From contig CAWDVR010000005.1 in assembly GCA_963805975.1 (NCBI GenBank), positions 192,001-256,000 of the forward strand: 64,000 bases of DNA. The letters are read 5' to 3'. The notes beneath the pieces are model-generated. The model did no database searches and was not told where the DNA came from. It saw nothing but the letters and a program-made list of their open reading frames with translations. This DNA is from an uncultured Acidobacteriota bacterium (GTDB lineage Bacteria > Acidobacteriota > Thermoanaerobaculia > Multivoradales > SZUA-115). This document shows positions 1 through 58,700 of the stretch, one piece after another. Position 1 is the first letter of the stretch. Each line of letters begins with the position of its first letter. Position numbers and translations under genes: made by a program.

Positions 1-35508
<35,508 letters not shown>

Positions 35509-35671
35509 GACCTGCTCCGCGGTCGAGCTGCTGCGTTGCGGGTCCTCCCGGAAATCCTCGCGTACTCACATGTACGCTCCGGTTTCCGGGTCCCCCCGCG
35601 CCTTGCAGCCCGACCGCTCGCGACGGTCTCGACACTCAGCATCGAGTCGTTCACGTATCGCCCACCATCCG

Positions 35672-36731
35672 CTAGGCCACTTCCTCGCGGTTGATCGCCT
35701 CGGCCATGCCCACCAGCACCTTGCGCTGGCCGGTGAACGGGTTCCTGGCGTGGGCCACCATCATGTTGTCGAGCAGCAGCACGTCCCCCTGCTGCCAGGG
35801 GAAGGTGACGGTGGCGGCGCCGTAGGCCTCGCGCAGCGTCTCCATCACCTCGGGCTCGATCGGCGAGCCGTCGCCGTAGTAGGTGTTGTTGGGCAGCGCG
35901 TCCTCGCCGTAGCGCTCGAGCAGAGCGTTGCGGATCGGCTCGGGCAGCGTCGAGATGTGGAAGAAGGTCGCGTGGTTGAACCACAGCGCCTCGCCGGTCC
36001 GCGGGTGCCGGGCCACCGCCGGCCGCCGCGACCGGGTGCGCAGGTCGCCGCCCGGCAGCCACTCCGGCTCGAGGCCGGCGCCCCGGCAGTACTCCTCCAC
36101 CACTGCCGGGTCGTCGGTCTGGAAGACTTCCTTCCACGGCAGGCCCATGCCCTGGCGGTAGTTGCGCACGTAGGCGATGCCCCGCTCCTCGAAGCGCCGG
36201 CGCAGGTCCTCGGGGATCGCCGCCAGCACCTTGCGCACGTCGGCGATCGGCGTCTCGCCGCCGGTCTCGGCGGCGATGTGGCAGTAGAAGAAGATCTTGA
36301 GCGGCCAGGCGTACTGGTAGGAGTTCTCGTTGTGCAGGAAGATCGACTGGTCCGGCGGGTAGTCGGTCGAGGTGTAGATGTTGCCCACCACCTGGCTGCG
36401 CGGCGAGGAGCGCTCCTTGTACTCGAGCAGGTTGCCGGCCACCGCCGCGATCACCGCCTCGAAGCGGTCCGGCGTCTTGATGCCGAAGCCGCGGAACAGG
36501 ATGCCGCCGTCGCGCCGCAGCCGCTCCTCGATCCACTCGTGCTTGTCCTTCGCCCACTCCGCGAGGTCCACGCCCTCGACCGCCGGCTCGACCAGGAGCG
36601 GCACGCCGCCCTCGGCGAACAAGCGGCCGCTCGGTCACCAGCTCAGGTCGACACACCCACCGCCCGCCGCCGCCCGCCACGCAGATCTTCGAGACCGCGC
36701 CGCTTGGGTGCGGCCGCCGTTTCTATCGTCA

Positions 36732-36732
<1 letters not shown>
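35672..36732 (-). CDS. TauD/TfdA-family (SyrP-like) Fe(II)/2-oxoglutarate dioxygenase, probable PCP-bound amino-acid beta-hydroxylase
   Basis: ORF 35672..36622 has GILFRGF, IYTSTDYP, the HxE metal motif (LHNENSY), WFNH and DNMMVAHARNPF. The likely true start is the ATG at 36732, overlapping the upstream stop (TGATG; MTIETAAAPKRRGLEDLRGGRRRAV), with a net frameshift at ~36620-36650. Confidence 0.9.
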
Positions 36733-49438
<12,706 letters not shown>

Positions 49439-49450
49439 GCTCAGCCCTCC
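49439..49450 (-). promoter_or_regulatory. Ribosome-binding site and translational coupling between NRPS gene 1 and the hybrid gene
   Basis: The minus strand reads GGAGGGC-TGA-GC-ATG. Confidence 0.7.
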
Positions 49451-52400
49451 TCCATGCCGGCGAGCAGGCGTTCCCGCTCGTCCTCGTCCACCCCGGCAAG
49501 GAGCTCCTCGGCGATCGCCTCGGCCAGCTCGGCGATGGTCGGCCCTTCGAACAGCGTGCGCACCGGCAGCTCGACACCGAAGGTCTCGCGCACCCGCGCC
49601 AGGAGCTGGATGACGAGCAACGAATGGCCGCCCAGGGCGAAGAAGTCGTCCTCCACCCCGACCTTTTCGGTGCCGAGCACCTCGGCCCACAGCGCCGCCA
49701 GCATCTCCTCCACCGCGGTGCGCGGCGCCACGTGCGCGGTTCCGCTCGCGAGCTGCCGGGCCCCAGGGAAGGCATGCGGGTCGGCCTCCGGATCGGGGAG
49801 CGCGCGGCGGTCGAGCTTGCCGTTGGGCAGCCGCGGCAGTGCCGGCAGGGCCACGAACCACGAGGGCACCATGTAGCCCGGCAGGCGCGCCGCGAGGAGC
49901 GTGCGGATCTCGCGGGCATCCGGCAGCAGCGCGCCGTCCTCCGCCACCAGGTAGGCGGCGAGGCGGCGGTCGGCGCCGCCTGCGCCCTCGAAGAGCGCCA
50001 CCGCGGCCTCGGCCACCCCGTCGAGGCTCACGAGCGCCGCCTCGATCTCCCCCGGCTCGATGCGGTAGCCGCGCACCTTGATCTGCTCGTCCACCCGGCC
50101 CAGGAACTCGAGCTCGGCCGCGGGCGTCCAGCGCGCCCGGTCGCCGGTCGCGTACAGGCGCTCGCCGGGCAGGCCGGAGAGGCCGTCCGGCACGAAGCGT
50201 TCGGCAGTCGTCGCCGGTCGGCCGAGGTAGCCGCGGGCGAGCCCGGCACCGCCCAGCAGCAGCTCGCCCGGCACCCCGAACGCGGCCGGGCGGCCGCGGC
50301 CCGCCTCCACCACCCAGGCGCGGAGGTTGGCGATCGGCCGGCCGATCGGCACCCGTGCGCTCCCGGCCTTCCAGCGCGAGCCGGGGAACACGGTCGCCGT
50401 CACCGTGGCCTCGGTGGGGCCGTAGGCGTTCACCCACTCGACATTTGGCCGTGCGCCCACCGCCGCCAGCCAGCCGTCGAGCGCCTCGGCGCGCGCCTGC
50501 TCGGTGCCCACCACCAGGCGCCGCAGGCAGGCCGGCACACCGCCGCCCGTGCGCCCGAGCTCGGCCACCCAGCCGTCCCAGTACGGGGTCGGCAGGTTGA
50601 CCACCGAGAGGCGCTCCTCCTCGACGAAGCTCTCGAAGCCGGCGAGCGACACCGCGAGCCCGGCCCCGCCCAGCACCAGCGTGGCGCCGGCGGCGAGCGC
50701 CGGGAAGATCTCCTCCACCGCCACGTCGAAGGAGAGCGAGGCGAGCTGCGGCATGCGGTCGCCGGGGCTCAAACCGTGGATCTCGACCGTGGCCCGGCAG
50801 TGGTTGGCGGCGGCACGGTGCGGCACCATCACGCCCTTGGGCTGGCCCGTCGAGCCCGAGGTGTAGATCACGTAGGCCGGGCTCTCGGGCTCCGGAGCGA
50901 GGCCGGGAATGGTTGGAGATGCTTGAGCGGGAGCCGCGCAGATCTCCTCGAGCTCGAGGCGCGGCCCGGCGAAGCCCGGCAGGCGGTCGCGCAGCCGAGC
51001 GCTCGAAAGGAGGGCGGCGGCGCCCGAGTCCTCCAGCATGTAGGCCAGGCGCTCGGCCGGGTAGGCAGGGTCGAGCGGGAGGTAGGCGGCCCCTGCTTCG
51101 AGCACGCCCAGCAGGCCGGCAAGCCCGGCGAGCGAGCGGTCGGCGAGGAGGCCGACCCGCGTTTCGGGGCCCCCTTCGCGCGTTGTACAACCCAGCTCCC
51201 GCAGCCGGCCCGCCACCGCCCGGGCCCGGCGCGCCAGCTCGCCGTAGCTCCAGGCTTCCTCGCCGGCCACGGCCGCGATGCGCTCCGGCGCCAGCGCCGC
51301 CTGCTCGGTGAACGGTGCGTGCAGCAGGCCGCTCGCCGGTGCCGGGCCGGCGGTGTCGCCGGCCTCGGCCAGGAGCTGGTGGCGCTCGGCGGCCGAGGCC
51401 AGTGGGAGCGAGGCGAGCGGCGCCTCGGGGGCCGCCAGCGCACCTTCGAGCAGGTTCCGCCAGTGGCGGAGCCAGCGCTCGGCCGTGGTGGCGTCGAAGA
51501 GGTCCAGGTCGTGCTCCAGCACCGCCTCCAGCCGCTCGCCGCGCGGCACCACGGTGAGCGAGAGCTCGAACTTGGCGCTGCCCACGTCGAGATCCACGCC
51601 CTCGAGCGCGAGGGCGGGCAGGGTGATGGCGGCGGGTTCCTCCTGGAAGGTGAACATGACCTGGAACAGCGGAGTGCGGCCGAGGTCCCGTTTGGGGGAC
51701 AAGTCCTCGACGATGCGCTCGAAAGGCACCTCGGCGTGGGTGAAGGCGCCGAGGGCCGAGTCGCGCACGCGGGATAGGAGGCCGGCGAAGGTCGGCCGGG
51801 CCCCGAGGTCGGCGCGGAGCACCAGGGTGTTGACGAAGAAGCCGACCACCCCTTCGAGGCGCGCCTGGCCACGGCCGGCCACCGGCACGCCGACGGCGAG
51901 ATCGCCCTGGCCCGAGAGCCGGGCGAGGAGGGCCTGGAAGGAGGCGGCGAGCGTCATGAACAGAGTGGGGGCCTGGCGGCGGAAGACCTGGCGCAGCTCG
52001 CCGGCGAGGCCCCTCTCCAGATAGATGCGCCGAACGCCGCCGCGTCCACTCCTCGCGGCGGTGCGCGGCCGGTCGGTGGGGAGGTCGAGGGCGGCGGGCA
52101 GGCCGGCGAGGTGCTCGCGCCAGTAGGCGAGGCCGTTTTCGAGCGCGGCCCCTTCCAAGTGACGGCGCTGCCAGAGGGCGTAGTCGAGGTGCTGGACGGG
52201 CAAGGGCGCGAGCGGCGAAGGTCGCCCGTCGTGGAAAGCCTGGTAGAGAGGGCCCAGCTCGCGGACCAGCAGCCCCATGGACCAGCCATCCGTGACGATG
52301 TGGTGCAGGGTGAGGACGAGGAGGTGGTCGCGGGCGTCCGCGCGGACCAGCAGGGCACGGACCAGGGGACCGCGGGCGAGATCGAACGAATGGCGTGCCT

Positions 52401-52700
52401 CGCGCGAGGCGAGAGAGCGAGCCCAGGCCGCGCGATCCTCCGGAGCGAGCGAGGAGAGGTCCACGAAGCGCGGGGCGAGGGCGCTGCTATCGCGCACCAC
52501 CTGCACGGGCTTGCCGTCCCGCTCGGTAAATACGGTGCGCAAGCTCTCGTGCCGCTCGGCCAACGCCGCCAGCGCCCGCGCGAGGGCGCCGAGGTCCAGC
52601 TCTCCCTGCATCCGCACTGCCGCGGGGATGTTGTAGGCCGCGGTGCCGGGCTCCAGCCGGTCCAGGAACCACAGTCTCTCCTGCGCGAACGACAGCGGGC
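49441..52700 (-). other. Module M5 C-A-T, substrate uncertain (possibly a basic residue)
   Basis: FDVAVE/VNLPT/LVVGTE/NAYGPTEATVT = DVENVGAVT(K). The acidic residue at position 239 suggests an Arg/Lys/Orn-type side chain (inference). Confidence 0.4.
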
Positions 52701-55700
52701 CCTCGCCGCGCGAGGCCGCGCGCTCGATGGGCGGCAGCGCGGTCGCGGTGCTGGCCTGGATCGTCTGAGCGAGGCCGGCGACCGTGGGGGCCTCGAAGAA
52801 GGCGCGGACCCCGACCTCGGCGCCCAGGCTCTCGCGCACGCGGGAGAGGAGGCGCACGGCGGAGAGCGAGTGGCCGCCGGCCTCGAAGAAGCTCTCGTGG
52901 ATGCCGAGCCGGGAGGTGCCCAGCACCTCGCGGGCCAGCTCGGAGAGCGTCTCTTCGAGCGGCGTCCGCGGGCCGACCCAGGCGGCGAGGTCGGCTGCTC
53001 CGACACTCAGGTCAGGCGTGGGCAACGCCTTGCGATCGATCTTGCCGTTGGGCAGCCGTGGAAGAGCCGCCAGCTCGATGAAGGAGGCCGGCACCATGTA
53101 GCCGGGCAGGCCCTCGGCGAGCCGGGCTCGCAGCTCGACAGCGTCGGGCAGCCTCTCCCCATGCCGCGGAGCGAGATAGGCGGCGAGGCGGCGGTCCCCG
53201 TCTCCTGCCTCGTGGACCACGACCACGCACTCCGCCACTTCGGGCTGGGCGAGGAGCGCGGCCTCGATCTCGGCCAGCTCGATGCGGTAGCCGCGCACCT
53301 TCACCTGGTGATCGATGCGTCCCAGGAACTCCATCTCCTGAGAAGTCAGCCAGCGCGCGAGGTCACCGGTTCTGTAGAGCCGCTCGCCACCCCTGCCGGA
53401 GATGCCGTCCGGCACAAAGCGCTCGCCGGTGAGCGCCGGGCGGCCGAGGTAGCCGCGGGCGAGGCCCGCACCGCCCAGGAGCAGCTCGCCGGGCACTCCC
53501 AGCGGCAGGGGCCGGCCGCGGCGGTCCACCACGAAAGCGCGGCTGCCGGCGAGGGCGCGGCCGATGGTCGGCTCGGAGGTGCTTTCGCTCGCGACCCGCA
53601 CGCCGGTCGAGTAGGTGGTGTCCTCGGAGGGGCCGTAGAGGTTGTAGAGGCGCTCCACAGACGCCGCGGCGTAGACCTCGCCCGCCAGCGAGCGGCGCAG
53701 GGGCTCGCCCGCCAGGTTGACGGTCCTCACCGAGCGCGGCACGCCGCCGGCCCGCACCAGCTCGGTCATGGCCGAGGGCACGGTGTTGAGGAGCGTGACC
53801 GCGTCCCGGCCCGGCAGGCTGAGGAGATCGAGCGCGGTGCCGGCGAGCACCACGGTCGTGCCGCGGTTCCAGGGCACGAAGATCTCGAAGACCGAGAGAT
53901 CGAAGGAGATCGAGGTGGCGGCGAGCACGTGGGAGATCTCGTCGTCGGAGTAGACGGTCTCCGCCCAGGCGAGGAGGGCCACGGCGCTCGCGTGCTCGAT
54001 GGCGACGGCCTTGGGCACCCCGGTCGAGCCCGAGGTGAAGATGAGGTAGGCCAGGTTCTGGGGGGTGACGCGGAGAACCCGCCCGCCCGGGTCCTTCGCT
54101 GCGCTCAGGATGACAGCGGGGGTGTTTGTCATCCTGAGCGCAGCGAAGGATCTGGGCGGGGGCGGCCAGCTCCTCGCCACCTACCCTCACCACCTCGCAC
54201 GGCAACCCCTCCAGCCGCTCTTCGAGCCCGCCGCCGGAGAGCACCCAGCGCGCTCCCGACTGCTCGACGAGCGCCCGCACCCTGGCCAGCGGGTAGGCGG
54301 GGTCGAGCGGCACATAGGCGCCACCGGCGCGGAGCACGGCGAGGAGCGCGATCAGCAGCTCGGGGCTGCGTTCCATGTAGAGGCCCACGCGGTCCTCGGG
54401 CTCGATCCCCCAGCCTTGGAGCCGTGCGGCCCAGGCGGCCGAGGCGCGCTCGACGGCGGCGTAGGAGAAGCGCTCGTCACCCCATACCAGGGCGACGGCC
54501 TCCGGCACGCGCTCGGCTTGGCGCTCGAAGCTTTCGTGGAGGCAGCCGGCGGAGCGCCTCCGACTGAGCGCGTGCTCCGCCTCGTTGGCCTCGACCCGCA
54601 CCTGGTGCTGCTCGGCGGGCGAGGAGAGCGGCAGCGCCACGAGCGGTGCCTCGGGCGCCTCGACCACCCCCTCGAGCAGGCGCTGCCAGTGGCGCAGCCA
54701 GCGCTCGGCGGTGGTGGCGTCGAAGAGGTCGGCGTCGAACTCCAGCACGGCTTCCAGCCGCTCGCCGCGCGGCACCACGGCGAGCGACAGCTCGAACTTG
54801 GCGGTGCCGGCGTCGAGGTCCACGCTTTCGAGAGTCAGCCCACCGAGGCTCGGGGCGGTCTCCCCTTCCTGGAAATTGAACAGCGCCTGGAAGAGCGGCG
54901 TGCGATCCAGGTCGCGATCGGGCGCCACTGCTTCGACCACGCGCTCGAACGGCGTGTCGGCATGGGTGAAGGCGCCGAGGGCGGAGTCGCGCACGCGGGA
55001 GAGGAGACCGGCGAAGCTCGGGCCGCCGCCGAGGTCGGCGCGGAGCACGAGGGTGTTGACGAAGAAGCCGACGATGCCTTCGAGCCGCGCCTGCCCGCGG
55101 CCGGCCACCGGCACGCCGACGGCGAGGTCGTTCTGGCCGGAGAGGCGGGCGAGGAGCGCCTGGAAGGACGCGGCGAGCGTCATGAACAGAGTGGCGCCCC
55201 GGCCACGGCCGAGGGCGCGCAACGCCGCGGAAAGCTCGTCAACGAGCACCACGCGCCTCCGGCCGCCGCGCCCGCCCCTCGCGGCGGCGCGCGGCCGGTC
55301 GGTGGGGAGATCGAGGGCGGCGGGCAGGCCGGCGAGGTGCTCGCGCCAGTAGGCGAGGCCGTTTTCGAGCGCGGCCCCTTCCAAGTGACGGCGCTGCCAG
55401 AAGGCGTAGTCGAGGTGCTGCACGGGCAAAGGCGCGAGCGGCGAAGGTCGCCCGTCGTGGAAAGCCTGGTAGAGAGTGCCCAGCTCGCGGACCAGGAGGC
55501 CCATGGACCAGCCGTCGGTGACGATGTGGTGGAGAGTGAGGACGAGGAGGTGGTCGGTCTCGGCGCTCTGCACGAGGAGAGCGCGGACCAGAGGGCCGCG
55601 GGCGAGCTCGAAAGGCCGGCGGGCCTCGCGGGCGGCGAGGGAGAGGGCGAGAGTCTCGCGGTCCTGGGGAGAAAGCGCGCCGAGGTCCACGAGACGCGGG

Positions 55701-58700
55701 CGGAAGTGGTTCGTCCAGCGCCCCTCACCCCGGCCCTCTCCCCGCTGACGCGGGGCGAGGGGGCCGGAAAGGACGTCCTCAGATCCCCCATCCCCACTTG
55801 CGGCAAGCTGACTGGCGCGAGCCGTGCCACCTGTCCTTGTTCCTCCCTCCGGTCCCCTCGCCCCGCTTGCGGGGAGAGGGTTAGGGTGAAGGGTGCTCCC
55901 ATCCAGCACCACCTGCACGGGCCTTCCATCGCGCTCGGTGAAGACCGTGCGCAGGCTCTCGTGCCGTTCCGCCAAGGCGGCCAGCGCTCGCGAGAGCGTG
56001 CCGAGATGCAGAGCACCGCGCATCCGCACTGCCGCGGGGATGTTGTACGCCGCCGTGCCGGGCTCCAGCCGGTCGAGGAACCACAGTCTCTCCTGGGCGA
56101 ACGACAGCGGGCCCTCGCCGCGCGAGGCCGCGCGCTCGATGGGCGGCAGCGCGGTCGCGGTGCTCGCCTGGATCGCCTGAGCGAGGCCGGCGACCGTGGG
56201 GGCCTCGAAGAAGGCGCGGACCCCGACCTCGGCGCCCAGGCTCTCGCGCACGCGGGAGAGGAGGCGCACGGCGGAGAGCGAGTGGCCGCCGGCCTCGAAG
56301 AAGCTCTCGTGGATGCCCAGCCGGGAGGTGCCCAGCATCTCCCGGGCCAGCTCGGAGAGCGTCTCTTCGAGCGGCGTCCGCGGGCCGACCCAGGCGGCGA
56401 GGTCGCCCTCGCCCGTGCCGGTCTCGGGAGCCGGAAGCGCCTTGCGGTCGATCTTGCCGTTGGGCAGCCGCGGCAGGGCGGCCAGCTCCACGAAGGAGGC
56501 CGGCACCATGTAGCCGGGAAGGCGCTCGGCGAGACGGGAGCGCAGCTCGGCTGCCTCGGGCAGCGCCTCGCCTTCGCGTGGCGTCAGGTAGGCGGCGATG
56601 CGGCGGTCCCCGCCCCCGGCCTCGTGCACCGCGACCACGGTCTCCCGGACCTCGGGCTGGGCCAGGAGCGCGGCCTCGATCTCGGCCAGCTCGATGCGGT
56701 AGCCGCGTACCTTGACCTGGTGGTCGATGCGTCCCAGGAACTCGAGCTCGTGACTCGTCAGCCAGCGCGCGAGGTCGCCGGTCGCATACAGGCGCTCGCC
56801 AGCCTGGCCGGAGATCCCATCGGGCAGGAAGCGCTCGGCGGTGAGGGCCGGGCGGCCGAGGTAGCCGCGGGCGAGGCCCGCACCGCCGAGCAGCAGCTCG
56901 CCGGGCACTCCCAGCGGCAGGGGCCGGCCGCGGCGGTCCACCACGAAAGCGCGGCTGCCGGCGAGGGCCCGGCCGATGGTGGGCTCGGCGGTGCCGGGCT
57001 CGACGAGGAGCCAGGTCGAGTAGGTGGTGTCCTCGGAAGGGCCGTAGAGGTTGTAGAGGCGTTCGACAGATGCCGCGGCGTAGACCTCGCCGGCCAGCGA
57101 GCGGCGCAGCGGCTCCCCCCCGAGGTTCACGGTGCGCACCGACTGCGGCACACCGCCGGCCCGCGCCAGCTCGGCCATGGCGGAGGGCACGGTGTTGATC
57201 AGTGTCACGGCCTCCCGACCCGGCAGGCTCAAGAGGTCGAGCGCGGTGCCGGCGAGCACCACGGTCGTGCCGCGGCTCCAGGGCACGAAGATCTCGAAGA
57301 TCGAGAGGTCGAAGGAGATCGAGGTGGCGGCGAGCACGTGGGAGATCTCGTCGTCGGAGTAGACGGTCTCCGCCCAGGCGAGGAGGGCCACGGCGCTCGC
57401 GTGCTCGATGGCGACGGCCTTGGGCACCCCGGTCGAGCCCGAGGTGAAGATGAGGTAGGCCAGGTTCTGGGGGGTGACGGGAGAACCCCCCCACCCGGGT
57501 CCTTCGCTGCGCTCAGGATGACAGCGGGGGTGTTCGTCATCCTGAGCGCAGCGAAGGATCTGGGCGGGGGCGGCCAGCTCCTCGCCACCTACCCTCACCA
57601 CCTCGCACGGCAACCCCTCGAGCCGCTCTTCGAGCCCGCCGCCGGAGAGCACCCAGCGCGCTCCGGACTGCTCGACGAGAGCGCGCACCCTGGCCAGCGG
57701 GTAGGCGGGGTCGAGCGGCACATAGGCGCCGCCGGCGCGGAGCACGGCGAGGAGGGCGATCAGCAGCTCGGGGCTGCGTTCGAGATAGAGGCCCACGCGG
57801 TCCTCGGGCTGAATTCCCCAGCTCTGGAGCCGCCTGGCCCAGGCAGTCGAAGCGCGCTCGACGGCGGCGTAGGAGAAGCGCTCGTCACCCCATACCAGGG
57901 CGACGGCCTCCGGCACGCGCCCGGTCTGGCGCTCGAAGCCATCGTGCAGGCAGCCGGCGGCATGGCTCCTGCTCAGCGCGTGCTCCGCCTCGTTGGTCTC
58001 GACCCGCACCTGGTGCTGCTCGGCGGGTGAGATCAGAGGCAATGCTGCGAGTGGCGCGCCCGCGGCTGCCACCGCGCCCTCGAGCAGACGCTGCCAGTGG
58101 CGCAGCCAGCGCTCGGCCGTCGTCGGGTCGAAGAGGTCGGCGTCGAACTCCAGCCAGACGGCGAGGCCGGTGGGGCGCTCTTCGAGAGCCAGCGTGAGGT
58201 CGAACTTCGCCGTGCCGGTGCCCACCTCGAAGCGGCGCCATTCGAGGCCGCCGAGCGACAGTGCCTCCTCGCCGCCTCCGTTCTGCAGCACGAGCATCGC
58301 CTGGAAGAGCGGCGTGCGGTCGAGATCGCGCTCGGGTGCCACGGCTTCCACCACACGCTCGAACGGCACCTCCTGCCGCTCGAAGGCGGCGAGCGCACCG
58401 CGGCCCGCGTCTGCGACCAGCTCCCCGAAGCTCGCCTGCGGCGGCACGGCCAGGCGCAGCGCCAGGGTGTTGACCAGGAAGCCGATCAGGCCCTCGTGCT
58501 CCAGCCGGGTGCGGCCGGCGACCGGTGTGCCGACGTTGACCTCGCGCTGGCCGGAGAGGCGTGCCAGGAGCGCGCCGAACGCCGCCAGGTAGACCGCGAA
58601 GGGCGTGGTGCCGTGTCTCCTGGCGAGCGCCGCCACCGCCGCGACGGGTGCTGCCGCCCACAGGGCCGCGCGATGGCCGCCCCGTCGCCGCCGTGCCGGC

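Larger units (their letters stand above)
52745..56115 (-). other. Module M4 C-A-T, predicted Ala
   Basis: Code DLFNNALTY(K). Confidence 0.72.
51400..58150 (-). repeat. Tandem module duplication (A-T-C of M3/M4 versus A-T-C of M4/M5)
   Basis: Long stretches of identical DNA, for example T domains and linkers at 56100-56400 versus 52690-52990, and A cores at 56700-57950 versus 53280-54540. Confidence 0.9.

Noticed and set aside
49439-51190. N-terminal ~580 aa of the predicted ORF 38492..51190
   Set aside because: It overlaps the real M5 A-T frame. The gene more plausibly starts at ATG 49438 with an RBS.
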